Notes: a model not told the origin generated them from the letters alone. A DNA stretch of 62,888 nt, filler included, from Choristocarpus tenellus KU-1152 (GCA_964200185.2; 9 parts of 9 records of this genome joined end to end with filler, not necessarily neighbours in it); one strand, 5' to 3'. Positions 47,202 to 60,919 are shown, counted from the whole stretch's first letter. Translations and numbers: made by a program.

Positions 47202-50200
47202 GATGTGGACAGGTCTTCGAGGGTATTCACTGACAAGACGGCTGCGGCATTGCGATCTCTGAACTCGGCCTGCAATGCCTCCTTGGCCATGCTTGCCATC
47301 TCCCCTGGACTCACCCTGGTCTCTGTCTCGACAGTGAGTACTCTATCTTGATCATGCCCTGACAAGAGGACAACAACATGGCACCAAATATTTTATTTGA
47401 AAGAGAAGTGCTTAGGTCGACAATATGAGATCCAAATCGGAGATAGATTTGTCCCAAAAAGGTATACCTATGGTTTTAAGAATGTGTTTCGGTTCATCGT
47501 TTTGAGTCCAAGTTGGAGATGACTTTAAAAGGTATACCGCCAATGTACATACATATACCGATGATGGTATATATATATATATATTTAATACCTCATACCG
47601 TCGTTGGTTTCTTTCACAGAAGTTGTTCAAACTTTTCCACCAATGCGGATGGTTTTTTGTTTGGTATTTTACCCTGGACAACAAAATGATGTGGCATACC
47701 TTACTGGATGTCATAGATTAGTAATGAATGTGATGGTGTGTTAAAATGTTAAGATTTCATTAGTACATTATTAATATCATTATTTTAATAATAGCGCCTT
47801 TGGGGTGTTGGGTGACAGAGGCAACTACACTAATTTTACTAGTATGATTGCTAGCACATATTGGTTGTACAATGGTAGTGGACTTATCTTTCCATGTTTT
47901 TTATTACCTTTTGACGCTCAGTTTATACTATTACCTTCCTGTGACTACATTTTCATCCACATGGATGGTATCCCTCAGACTGCTACTGCTAATGATAATA
48001 ATAGTGGTAATAATAGTGACAATGATAACAATAATACTGGTATTAACAATGGTAATAATGATAATGATAGTGACAATGATAATAATACTAGTATTGTTAT
48101 TAATAATAATGATGATGATATTAATGGAAGGAATGTTATGGTGTCACAGGTCAGAAGAGAGTGGAGTTTTGTATGGGATAGACAACTACTTCTAGTCTGA
48201 GATATTCACCAGTTGAGAAACAGAACAGTGTGCTGTAGGTGTGTGTTTCACCAGTAGTGCAGAGTTAGAAAATACTATATTTACGCAGGGGGCTTGATGC
48301 ATACTGGTGTCTAAGAGTTGGATGGGTAGCTATACAGGGAGGCTGTTATGTGTTGGTGTAACACTGAGAGATCCCAAAGATTTGAATTTTGGACACCCTT
48401 CCTCCTCCTTCTAGATAACCTGCCACTTGTTTTTTTTCTTTTTTCTTTTTTTTTGGGGGGGGGAGGGAAGGAGGGGGGAGGGTGCACAGGTAGCTCTGTT
48501 GATTCATGTGTTAACAATACAATATCAATTGGTGTAGCAGAGAATAGTCAATAGGGTAAAGAAAATTCCAAGGTGTAGATTTTCATTTACCTAAGCATCG
48601 GTAGCGTTTTTCTGATCCGTACAAATCTGGCAAAAGGAAAAGAAGTAAATAAGCATTATACAAATGAAAATTGCAGTATGTCAAATTGCCGCAAGAGTAG
48701 GGCACACAGAGCTTAACTTCCGAGACAATTAAAATGCAATATTTGAAAGCCCAGGTAAAAATTGTGCTAATTTTTTTTTTTTCTGAACGTTGAACATCTG
48801 GGAGTGCACTAGGTGGGTATCTCAAGCCGATTCTTTTCTTTTTTATTCTCAAGTGATTGATTTACTGTTGTTGTTGTGGTGGTTAGTTTTGATAAGGTTT
48901 GATCCTCACGTTGGTGTGTTGATGGAGCATATTTGCACGTCATCTTTTGTCTATTGTACCCTTCCTTATCAGCACTGGATGCCCCCCCCCCCATGAGAGC
49001 CGGTGCGTCTTCCTCCAATAACGTACCATTTCTTACTTGATATTTTCTACTGTTGCACACTTTTGGAAAAGCGTTTGATTTGGTCAGATGATGGAAATAA
49101 AGAATATATTGCTTATGTTTTTTTCAACACTAACCCTAAAACCCTGACCTCCTTACCTCATTTTTTCTTTTGTTTTCTGGCACCATACAGGACCACACAC
49201 ACTCACACTCACACTCACATCTTTGAAACACAAGTGCCCTTTGACTTTCAAGATAAATAAATAATATTCAGTACACACAATACGTGCATTTAGACACTCA
49301 CAATACGTGCGTTTAGACACTCACAATACGTGCGTTTAGAGACTCACAATACGTGCGTTTAGACACTCACAATACGTGCGTTTAGACACTCACAATACGT
49401 GCGTTTAGACACTCACAATACGTGCGTTTAGACACTCACAATACGTGCGTGCATGCGACAAGGTCCCACTGATGGGATCCATGGCAATGCTATACTCTCG
49501 AAGGGTGAGGGGTCTGACTAAGGCCATGAGGGAGTTGGAGGCAAAGACTCAGGCATTTGCAGAAGAGCGTTTGTCGGGTTTGAAGTTGGTAAGGGCGTTT
49601 GCTAGGGAGGAGGCAGAGGCGGACAAGTATGAAAAGGTGAACCTTGGGCAGGGATGTCTTCTTTTTGTTAATTTTATTCACGTATGTTTTTTTATTATGT
49701 AGTAACACTTTTTTTTTTTATTCAATGAGATTATCTTTTTCCGCTTGAAAAAAATCACGGTGATGCGAGGAGTTCAATGGTTTGATTGGCGTTGTAATTG
49801 GTTCTGTTTTTTATTTGTTTTGATATTTTCACTTCCCCTGGCATTGTATGATTCCATGATATAATTAACCTAACCTAGATGTTTCCCACGACATCATCTT
49901 GCTAACACACCATACTGTATATATATACATTTATACAGTATAATTTACTTAGAAATTTCCCACACAATCTCCTCACTAACACGCCATTCTGTATATATAT
50001 ACATTCATACAGTATAATTTGCTTAGAAATTTCCCACACAATCACCTCACTAACACGCCATACTGTATATATATATGTACATATTTATGTATGATATTGC
50101 TATGTGTGTGTGTGTGTTATTTATTTTTCTTTTGGAGTTGGTGGAACGTTCTTCCATTCTACGAACCAAAGAGGCGTCTGCGAAGGGCTTCTTCATGGGA

Positions 50201-50825
50201 GGTCTATTCATTGCAGGAGGTTGCTCGCTCTCAGCCGTACTGTGGTGTGGTGGATCCAATGTTGGAAGGGGGAACATGACGGTGAGATGTGCTGAACAAA
50301 AAAAATAATATGAAATATAATAAAATAAAATAAACTGAATATATATATATATATATGTATTTGGTTGTATCCGTGTGATGTGTTTTGAAACACTATGGAA
50401 TCGGTGTTGTGAGGTACGTGATGTGTTTTTTTTATTTGTTGTGATACCATATTTCAAGGTGCATTCTCTATAGGGCAGTACTACCCTCTACTATATATAT
50501 ATATATATATATAGGATGTTATGGTTCAAGAGTAATAATAATAATAATAATAATGTTGTGTGTGTGGTGGGTTTGTATAGTGGTGTCTAGTATCTGACGC
50601 ACCAGATGGTTTTGCCTTCAGTGGCAGTAGGAACAACATTGGTTGAGAGTGTAATTACATCGTCAGCTTCTTGGTGTTGGTGTTGGTGTTTGTGCAGTAA
50701 AATGTATGTCTATTAAAGAGTCTAATTCTGTTGCCCCTCCCCACCTCCATAGCCCTTTGTATTGCACTTTGGTCCTGCGGTGCTCCGGACTGTCTGTTAC
50801 ATTTTCGAGTGTAGAACTCTTTGTG

Positions 50826-50859
<34 letters not shown>

Positions 50860-53355
50860 TGTGTCTGTGTGTGAGTGTGTGTGTGAGTGAGTGTGTGTGT
50901 GTGTGTGAGTGTGTGTGAGTGAGTGTGTGTGTGTGTGTGTGTGTCCATGCTGTGTTTTTTTTTGTTTATCGACCCAAAAATAATAAAAAATAATAAAAGA
51001 TAACTTCGTGGAGACTCCCTAACCTGCAGGATAGCCTCCGTTCAACGTGGTGGTCGTAGACTGTGTTTGCATGGAGAACAGAATGAGAACAGAATGCTAT
51101 TCTGAGCTAACCTGCGAGTGAAACCATTTAGGGCCGTTGTGAGTATTCACGGGACTTTTGAAACCTTGTGCAATACTTACATGCCCATGAATGCCTGCAA
51201 CGCACACTTAAGACCTCTTTAGGAGGGTGTGGATGTAAAAGAAGATTGGCTGTGAGTCCATTTGTTAGCAAAACGTGCTCTCCACCACGGTGGATTCCTA
51301 AACAAATGTGTATCACAAGACATTCTTAAGTTGCCCTTTGCTACTATAGTGCAGTTCCTCAAGTTGGTGTGATAAAGCATTGTGTACATCCAACCTTCAT
51401 TTTTGAACTCGTGGCCTACTGCTACCTTTTACTTGTGTACCTTTTTCGTGTAAATGTACAGTACCTTTTATATGTGTACCTTTATTTGTAAATATACAGT
51501 ACCTTTTACTTGCGTACACAATGTACAGTACCTTTTACTGGTGTACCTTTTTCTTGCACAATGTACAGTACCTTTTATTTGAATTACTACAATACACAAT
51601 TTGGATGTAACAAAATAGTACATTTTTTGTTAAATAACAAGGAAGAAGAAGATCTCTGTTCTTTTCTTTTCTTTTCTTTCAATTTTTTTTATTTTGCTCT
51701 TCTTGCCGATTTATTGTCGGGATTTCTGTTCCAATATTGTGTAACAGTTTCGGATTGATTCATCTGTTTTGTTTTGTTTTTTATGAAAAAAAAAAATTCC
51801 CCCTCTCTGGATGTTGGTGTGTGCAGGCAGGGCAACTGACTTCTTTTGCTATCTACAGTGCCATGGTAGGTTTGGGGTTCTCCGGGCTCTTTTCATCTGT
51901 CCCAGATATTTCCAGGTACTGTCCCATTCGTGGTACTGGCGTAAGTATTGGAACTGAGACCTTACTGTGTTTACTTCACAGGACCAGTACTGTACTGACG
52001 AGGGTGTTGGAACTGGAACTCAACTAGTGAACCTTATGGGACTGGTACTGTACTGGTAATAGTATTGGAACTGGAACTCAATTAGTGAACTTTATGGGAC
52101 TGATACTGAACTGGTAATAGTATTGGAACTGGAACTCAATTAGTGAACTTTATGGGACTGGTACTGAACTGGTAATAGTATTGGAACTGGAACTCAATTA
52201 GTGAACTTTATGGGACTGGTACTGAACTGGTAATAGTATTGGAACTGAAACACAACAAGTGAACTTTATGGGACTGGTACTGGCCTGGTGCAGGAGCTGG
52301 AATTGCAAGTACTGTACAGTGCAATTACTTTGTGTACATTAGAACTATATATAGAGCTGCTCCTGATCAACATGACATCATCACCAGGGAGGGGAACTAA
52401 AAAAAAAATCGCATCTTAGTACGATATCTTTTTCAGTCAAAAAAAAAAGTGGTGACTTCCTCCCTGTGAACCCATGGGTTAGGGTTAGGGTTAGGGTTGA
52501 GGTTGAGGTTTTTATAGTATCGCCTTACCTTTGTCACTCTAGCTTGAGAACCAACCCTGTCAACGCTCAGCCACTACACTACAACTGATTACACTGTATT
52601 ACCTCTGTCCATGCATTGGTTCTCATGCATTGATTGGGTTTGGTGAGCCATCCCAGTACTTGTTGCTCTGTCTCCTCCTCTGAGTCCTTAGCTGCACCAA
52701 CCTTGGCCTTGATCATAACTATAGCCTTGCCTTGTCACCTTGTTTTTTGTATATTATTGTGAGATACACGGTGATACAGATAGGGTTAGGGTTAAATGGT
52801 TTTAACCTGTCCAGATCGGTACAATCCGTAGTCTTTGCAGTGTCGACTTTGGCATCATCAAAAAACCGAAATTATAGGGGACAAAAGTCTTTGTTGTCGC
52901 CCAGATTTGAACCCGGGAATTTCAACTTGAAAACACTTCCCTTCAAACCACTGACGTAGAGAGACGCTCACAAGAGGTACCCAATCTCTAGGAGACACAC
53001 ATAGAGACAAGCGTTTCAATTTTCGCTTATCAGTTTCTACCATATCCAGGGAAAGGAAACATGATTTCAAACAAAGTAGCCTTTTCCATGTAACAAAAAG
53101 AAGCAACCTGCCCCCCACCCCCTGCTATACTGTGACCCTTTTTTTTTGCTAATACCTATCTGTGATGATATAATACGATCCTCCTGTAGGGGGCTAGATG
53201 CAGCAGAAAGAGTCTTTGTCATGGTGGACAGAGAACCTGCTGTGAATTTGGAAAAGGGAGATGTATTGGTGGAGGTGGGGGGTGCTGGGAGGGGGATGGT
53301 GGAGGGAGACATCGCCTTCGAAGGTGTATGGTTTAAGTACAAGGGCCGGGATAAG
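47202..53355 (+). CDS. ABCB-type half transporter (ABCB10/MDL1-like), TMD to start of NBD. Exons 47202-47333, 49463-49636, 50138-50281, 51827-51915, 53190-53355
   Basis: In-phase exons: ISPGLTLVSVSTVPLMG; AEERLSGLKLVRAFAREEAE; GGSNVGRGNMTAGQLTSF; GLDAAERVF; GDIAFEGVWFKY. Confidence 0.9.
47990..48125. repeat. Degenerate (AAT/GAT)n microsatellite in intron
   Basis: aatgataataatagtggtaataat... Confidence 0.85.
49272..49450. repeat. 23-bp minisatellite (~8 units) abutting the acceptor at 49462
   Basis: Unit caatacgtgcgtttagacactca. Confidence 0.95.
50828..50944. repeat. (GT)n microsatellite
   Basis: Long gt/gagt run. Confidence 0.95.
51930..52280. repeat. ~58-bp tandem repeat (~5-6 units) starting just after the donor at 51916
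   Basis: Unit ggtactgaactggtaatagtattggaactggaactcaattagtgaactttatgggact. Confidence 0.9.
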
Positions 53356-55598
53356 GCAAGTGTTGGGAAACGATGTCTATATTTTTTTATTGTATGTGTA
53401 GTGGTTGCCTGTTGGTGATGTAGGTGAGATCGATTTTATCTACAGATGTTTTTATTTCTCTTTTTTTTGTGGTTAGTTTTTTAGTTGGGCTTGACATGCT
53501 TGCTGCCTGCTCTGCTGTTGATGTTGTTTTTTTTTAGTTGAAGGTTTGTATCCGTTGTCGATGTCGTTCTTTTGTGCCTATCCATTACGTACTGTCGAGA
53601 TGTGCTGTTTTGACTGGGTGAAGATTTTGCTCGCTGATAAAAGCAAACGCCTACGTGTATCCGACGACTAACTCTGATGGTGGTTCCTTTTGCTGTTGGA
53701 GAGTGGAGTAAAAATACCTTTTTTTTTCCACCCGAGGGTTATAACCCTAACCCTAACCCCAATTTGTTCCTCGTCAGAATCGTGTCGGGGAAATAAAATT
53801 ATCAACAACAACAACAACAACAACAACAACAACCAAAAACTTTTTTGAGATTTGTTGCATTGTATTTATTTTTTTACTGTATATAAACTTTTCCCGTCTG
53901 ATGAGACCTCGAGAAACAAAAAAAAATTGAAGTCACGTATCTTGTGGTTTGGGCACGTGCGTGGAATTATTTCAGTCCATTTTTTATTTGTAGTGTCCTT
54001 TGTTTCCTGCATTAGTGTTAGGGTTAGGGTTAGGGTTACAGTGTTCGGAGTATGTATAGGGTTAGGGTTTCAATTCAATTTGTAACAAAAAAAATGCAAA
54101 AAAAATGGAAGTGGTCATCTCGATATGATAGCATGGCAGTTATCAGTTTCATAATCACATGGTAAGAATTAAAGAGTTATTTTTTTAATGGTTTTTAGTT
54201 ATGTATGCTACACGCTCCTGCATCCAAACTTTCTCATCATTTTAGGATGTAAAAAAAAAAAAAAAAATTGGTTAGAGATGAAGGCAGCGGAAATGGCTAA
54301 TAATAATTAGATGTCGAACAAAACATGTAACCATCGATGCATAATATAATAATACTTCCAGATTAGTTTTGTCTTTAAAAAAAAGAACGATGACAGATAC
54401 ACCCATTTCAATAATAAATGTAATATGTATTTTTTTAACTTTTCCGTCTGATTGTTTAAACCGATGACAGACACACCCATTTCAATAATAAATATAATAT
54501 TTTTTTAACTTTTCCGTCTGATTGCTCAAGCCCTCTTTCTCGTGTCCATAGCTCGCAAACAAAGCACGACTTGAATGTTCTAAGAATGTTCTAAGAATGT
54601 TCTAAGACATCACCGAGGTTACTGTGTGTCTTGCCCCCGCCCCCTCCCCCCTCCCCAGCCCTGCCCTGCCCTGCCCCTGCCCCTGCCCNNNNNNNNNNNN
54701 NNNNNNNNNNNNNNNNNNNNNNNNNNNNNNNNTTAATTAATTAANNNNNNNNNNNNNNNNNNNNNNNNNNNNNNNNNNNNNNNNNNNNGTGATAATCGAA
54801 AAAAGGGTGAAAAACGGACGCCGACACCCCCCCCCAGATACTTAGACCCAGCTTTTCGGCAAAGTATCCTCAAGATCTGACAATTGTGGCACTTTCGCTG
54901 AGTTCTTTATTTCTTCTCGAGATCATCATTGTTCTTTCCCTCTTGAAAAGGTGGAGGGCATAATATCATATTTGAGGAGGGATGATAGGGTCCTATCATG
55001 CGATGCTTGATTGTAGTTAATGCGAGCCTTTTCCCATTGGTGTAGAGTGTGATGGGTATATCTGGCCTATTGCAGGGAAGATAGGGCATTGTTGGGTTTG
55101 GGAGAGGATTGAAAAAGGTGAGCTTAAGGTGGGGGGTGTAGTGCGGTATTTTAACCTGTACAATAAAATTGTATGACTTGATACGTCACGAAGGGTGTAG
55201 TTGAAAAATTTGCAGAGGTGTACAGGGATGGCTAAACCTAGGTGCTACGACACAACCTTTAAAGATTGGACTAAGAGTTTATGGTGCGAATTTGCACGGA
55301 GTGTAGCTTCAAAGGGCTTCAGGATGGAGTACGATGTGGGAAGATGATAATCTGGACAGTCCATGATCGTATGTGAAGAGGTGTGCCTGTGTCAAAACTT
55401 GAGGAGAGAGTGCAGTTTGAGTGAGGAAGTGAGCACGCTCAAGGCGTGATGGAAGTGTGTGTATGTGGGTGTGGATGTTTCATACTGAGTGCAATGCAAT
55501 GCCTAGGGTGTAGTGTCCTGTTATAGTTGCATGATAATACAGGGCACTTAAGTCCAAACCATTAATTGTAATTGAAGAATGTAGAAATTATTGATTTG

Positions 55599-55776
55599 GG
55601 GTAAAGTATCTGGAGGGGGGTGGCGGCTGTCCATTTGGGTCATTTTTTTCTTGTCGCGTTTTTGTGCCGATTTTGTTGCATACGTCAGATGGATAATGTA
55701 AACGCACTTTTCCATATTTTGAACCAAATGGACACCCAGGTGTAGACCCACCCCCCTCCAAAAGATACTCTGGGTC
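55599..55776 (-). mobile_element. MITE family A, reverse orientation, probable TTG TSD
   Basis: ttg|gggtaaagtatctggagggggg ... agatactctgggtc|ttg. Confidence 0.85.
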
Positions 55777-57569
55777 TTGAATCATGACAATTGAGACAAG
55801 TCGGTTCAATAAATCGAAGATAATTAAGATCGCATCCTAAACCTTTCGATTATTTATTTTTTCTCGTGCATATTATGTACGTCATGCATCGCGCTTTTTA
55901 GTCCTCGTAATGCTCGGCATTTCCTCAAGGGCATCTCACACTGCTGTATTCAAGCTTCGACTCAATTGAGTTAATGGAGTTGTTTGAATTCGGCTAACAA
56001 AATTAAATTTCTATATCCAACACTAGATCTAGTAGAGTTGTTAAATTATTTGTGTATGAAACCGAGAACTGTGAGGTATGGACTTAAGATTTGGATTAGG
56101 GGATTGAGAACATGTGCATAACCTTATCGAAGAGTTACTTTTATAGATTGTTCCGGTATACATTATGATTTAAATTTTCATTCCATTGAATCGGTTTTGC
56201 TCTTGCTCAATCGAAGAAAAGAGTGGTTGATTCGAGTACTATATGGAATGATTTTGTTTTCCCATTTAGCAAAGGTCCAAACAATGGCAAAGGATACCCA
56301 TAACTGTGAAAAACATGGTTCTGTACTTTGTTAATGCAAAATTCAAGTGTGAAATCCTGAAAATTATTTTTCAAGTATGTTTCATATCTCTTGTGCAGCA
56401 TATAAATAGGGGAGAGGAATGTCACCCCACCTCCTGCAGCACAACCACCCTGCCATATTACTGCTTTAGCATGGGCTTACTTTAGCTTTGAGACGTTCCG
56501 TATAATATTTCGCTGTCATAAAGCTCGTTGTGTCGGCAACCACACACTCATACCGCTTTTGTTGATTATTATGCATTGGCTAGTGCCATACATATGGGCC
56601 GTTTGACAAGGGCTTCAGTGCGCTGGACGGTTGAGGTTGACCGACTTGGCATTGAGGACCACTTGTATGGCCTCGACCTTTCTAGTGTGAGCGCTTGTTC
56701 TCTCAGTAGCCTTACAAGTTCATCGTGAATGTGTTGGGGGGCACTCTGTCTGGTCTTTTCCACCCTGAACCCTATCAGTGTTGGCAAGGAAACAGGTTGG
56801 TCTCTATGGTGGTTACGGATTTCCATTTTCCTGGTATAGGTGTAGAGGAAATACTGTAGGGTGGACATCCTCACCAATTTTAGTTTTATTCGTCTTCAAC
56901 AGATTCTTGAAAATGGCATTCTGGAGATCTGTGCCCTGTTGTCTCCTTGCCCTTTGTCATTCCTCGCACGCCTCCAAGAGGAAGCACCTTGTTCTCTAAC
57001 AAATGGGCTACATATATGTAGATGCCGTGTTGATGGTGTTGGGTGTATCCTTGATTGTCACTGCTTCTAGTGAAATGATTCAGTCCTCCACGGTCAACCA
57101 GACATCATCAAAGGTTGTTGGTTGAAAAAAATACCTCTTTCTACGGCTCATCACATTTTATTAGGAGGGGAAACCATAGACGACATACCGATACCAATAC
57201 AGTATAGTGATCCGTTTCCATTGGCAAGATTGAAGACTACGAGACAGTGATGGACCTGATGTGTGAGAACGTAAACGTAATCTAGTCAAATGTACTTGGT
57301 CAAAGTATCTGGTGGGGGGGGTGTCGGCGTCCGTTTTTCACCCTTTTTTCGAATTTTTTTANNNNNNNNNNNNNNNNNNNNNNNNNNNNNNNNNNNNNNN
57401 NNNNNTTAATTAATTAANNNNNNNNNNNNNNNNNNNNNNNNNNNNNNNNNNNNNNNNNNNNGTACATACATATTCTCTTTCCTTACGGCGAGGTGGGAGA
57501 TGCGCATTAACACATGAACATCATTTTAAAAAAGCGCTCGTAATCGTTTTCATCCTATCCATGAAGCTT

Positions 57570-57710
57570 ATGATTTATTTCCCAGCTCACCACGATTAAT
57601 AAGTCGATTCGACGATTGATTTTCCAGCTCGCCACGATTAATTAGTCATTCCACGATTGATTTCCGAGCTCACCACGATTAATTAGTCACTTCGACGATT
57701 GATTTCCCGG
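57570..57710. repeat. ~42-bp tandem repeat (~3 units)
   Basis: agctcaccacgattaattagtc..tcgacgattgattt repeated. Confidence 0.8.
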
Positions 57711-58467
57711 TTTTGTACGAAGTAGTACAAAATACGATTTTGTATCACATCAATTTTGTTCCGCTTTTTTTGGGCATACCCATGGGTGAACAAAATCGGG
57801 TAACCTAATGTACTAACTACTGACTATTTGTTGCAATACGACTATTTGTACTGTTTTCGTCAACCTTACTTTCGCGCATTGGTCCAGCACTGTCCCGTCC
57901 TTCCACTACCTCTTATTTCGTCTCTTCCCTCGAATCTTCTCTTTTGTCCCTATTAAAATTTTCATGTGAATATTAGTCTAGCATTGTTGTGGTATAGGGA
58001 GAGATAAGATAGGAATATGTAAGTCTACCTCTTGTATGTATTTACAACCTCTTATCCTTCCACATTCCGTTGTGGAATCGAAAATCGAAAATAGGTTTTG
58101 TGTGAAAAGTCGTTTGGTGTGGAAGGGGTTCGAAGAAGTGAAAGTGAAGTGGATAGTCCTAATGTTAAGTAATAGTTAGAGTCATAGGGATTGATTTTGG
58201 TGTTTTGCATGTCTCAAAAGTCTTGTGAAACATTATGATCATGATAATTTACTTCTATAATACTACAAATTAATATTGACATTATAGACTACCTACTATA
58301 AAAAAATGTTTTTTACACAGAACATTTTCAAATGTAGTGTTGCTGAGACTACTTTTATATTGGTAGACGAACACCACAACATCATAGTTGTAGGAACTTA
58401 ACATCATAGTTGTAGGAACTTAACATCATTAGTAACCTAGTCAGTCCAAAGAAGCGAAGTGGTGACT

Positions 58468-59990
58468 ATGCGGTATAATCGATGGGCGAGATCCTTGCTT
58501 CCCATGCTCGCTTCCCTCCCCCTAGCCTCCTTTGCACGGAAGCCGGATGGCCTGGTGGTGGTATCACGACACGGTGTGCGTCGACAATTTCCAAGCAATG
58601 TTCACGAGTTTGATAATTATGCTCCGGGCAAGCCTTTTGCGACGAGTGATTCAGTGAGTTAGGGTGGTGGATGGTCTAGACGCTATTGGTGGTAATAACG
58701 AACCCATTTAAGATGAATGTGCTCCCATTGATGATTGTTTAAAATCCATTACATTCTCGATCAATCACTCCAGGAATGGGGAGTGGATGGCTCCATGGGT
58801 GTATTGACCCAGCATGGATACGATGCTGCGTACCATATGGGTCACTATCAAGGAGAGAAATACGCACATGCGGAGCTCTCATTGACGGGGTGTGACGAAA
58901 TGTTCGTGTACTGCGAGGAGGTGATCATTCTAAGCTTGAATATTTCGTTGCTCTTGGCCCTCCTAAGGATGATAGTACTCATGCCCCCATCTCCCACTTG
59001 TCGAGTGAGCTTATTTGCGAATGTTAAAGACGGTCCAGACAACATAATATAGTTGTGATAAAAGCCCTGCGACTCACTCCTGCGGCTCAGGCTTTCTGAG
59101 CGACATGCAAATTCCGTAGAGGGAGTTGTCCCCCAGCATTAGACTCTGCTCATTTTCACGGTTGCACATGACAACTGCTCCTGTTAGCTCTTCCACAGCT
59201 CCCCTTGCACCGTAACCATCCAAATCTCTGTGGAATACGTTCCCTATCACCCCAACGCATCCACAGATCTCCCTTCCTTCCTCTACGATATTACCCTCAT
59301 CTCTTCTGCACCTTCTGAACAAACCTTTGTTGTCAATATCCTCAACACCAAATAGGACATGCCAAGAGATGAGTTCACTGCCAAGGCCTTCTTCTCCGGT
59401 TTTTTCAAGGGATGGGGGAACGTTGGAGGGGCTGGTCCCATCACGGAGTGCGCCATGCCCTCCCTGTACCGTGAGGGAGTTGAATACCTCATCGACCAGG
59501 TGAGCTAGTGACTGGTGTGTTTTTCGTTTCCTTTGATTTGTTCGCAGCAATAGTTGCACACAAATCTAACCTCATGGTGATCCCTCAAGCGGCAAACACT
59601 CCAACAACATGGTCTTGAGTATGCTCACATTCAGACAAATACGGAGTTCGGGCATGATCTCTCCAGCACTGCCTTGACTTTTACTCCTGTGTGTTCAGTG
59701 TTCTGTCTAATGCCCCCACGGTTGGACACCACCCTGTTCAGCTTTCTTTCTCTATCATATCTGTACATCTGCATCAACAGCTGCCCCCCCCCCTCACCTC
59801 CAACTTCCCACAGGGTAGTGTACCCCGGGGTGGTGGTAAATGCCGCCTGGGTAGCAAGGAGGAAGTGATGGGGGTGGTTGGTGAGGTGGATGAATGGACC
59901 CGTCTGATGAAGTCGAAGCTCGAGAAGCTGAATGAAGTCTTGGGGTGCTGTGATCGTTCTCTCTGTCCCCCTGATCACCCAGAAGATCAG
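58468..59990 (+). CDS. Secreted histidine acid phosphatase (AppA/Agp-like, clade-2 His phosphatase), 5' four exons: 58468-58653, 58774-58920, 59356-59499, 59814-59990
   Basis: Signal-peptide-like N-terminus; catalytic VVVSRHGVR; WG..G.LT.HG motif; R...TA.AF motif (RDEFTAKAF). All joins are phase 0 with GT-AG. Confidence 0.88.
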
Positions 59991-60104
59991 GTGCAGTTGC
60001 AGAGTTTGGCAAATGCCTTCCATTATTGAGGGGTTTTTTGGTGGTGATTTTTGTGCATGTGAACACACGTGAGGGAGCAGTGGATTGTTACACTTGCCTG
60101 TGTT

Positions 60105-60172
60105 GGTTCAAAGTATCTGGGGGGGGGGGGGGGGGGGTTTGTGGGGGGGCGTCTGTTTTGGTGAAATTTTTT
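60105..60172 (-). mobile_element. MITE A/A2 end at contig break
   Basis: ggttcaaagtatctggggggg... Confidence 0.75.
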
Positions 60173-60799
60173 NNNNNNNNNNNNNNNNNNNNNNNNNNNN
60201 NNNNNNNNNNNNNNNNTTAATTAATTAANNNNNNNNNNNNNNNNNNNNNNNNNNNNNNNNNNNNNNNNNNNNCTCAACGAAAGAAGTCCATGCTCTGTGG
60301 AGAGGCTTGTTACCCTGGCTGGCAAGGGTCTCCGCGGATGGTTTTAACTCTGATTATATTACATCCATGTGTGTGATACACAGTTTGCAGAGTGGCGTTG
60401 ATGCAATTTGAGAGATCAATGGAAGTCACGAAAGAAATAATAATCAGCCATCAATGTACAACTGTCATCTTCTCCTGATAAGGAGAAAGAGTGAAAGAAA
60501 AACAAACAAACAACAGAACAACAGAACAACAGAACAACAGAACAAAATCGAAACAATATGTGATGCAACTAATGTGACGTGTATACACTATACTGTACAA
60601 TTTATGTGGAATGCAAAGCGACTGTTCTGTACTAGGGTGCTCTGATTGTAGTTGATGTGGTGATGACGAACTAGTGAAGGCAACGTCCAGAACGTAACAG
60701 ACCAATCAATAGTCAGTGTTGACTGGTGGAACTGTATCATATCAAGGAACAAACAGATGAGTAGCCTATATTTTAACATTCACTCACCCAGCGCTAGGA

Positions 60800-60918
60800 T
60801 TTCCAGAAACCACTGCTCAAGGCCTCCCACAGGTGTACCGCCTCAACAAGGCCCTGTACGGCCTCCGGCAAGCCCCTCGTGCCTGGCATCACACCCTCCA
60901 TGATACTCTCACCTCACT
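60800..60918 (+). mobile_element. Ty1/copia RT fragment
   Basis: VYRLNKALYGLRQAPRAWHHTLHDTL. Confidence 0.85.
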
Positions 60919-60919
60919 T

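Noticed and set aside
47805-48200. Asn/Asp-rich and Ile/Met-rich ORFs
   Set aside because: Translations of an intronic (AAT/GAT)n microsatellite.
50655-50948. His-Thr repeat protein
   Set aside because: Translation of a (GT)n microsatellite.
54900-57290. Possible gene or LINE remnant in contig 7
   Set aside because: Only short ORFs with stops in all frames and no motif I can recognise.
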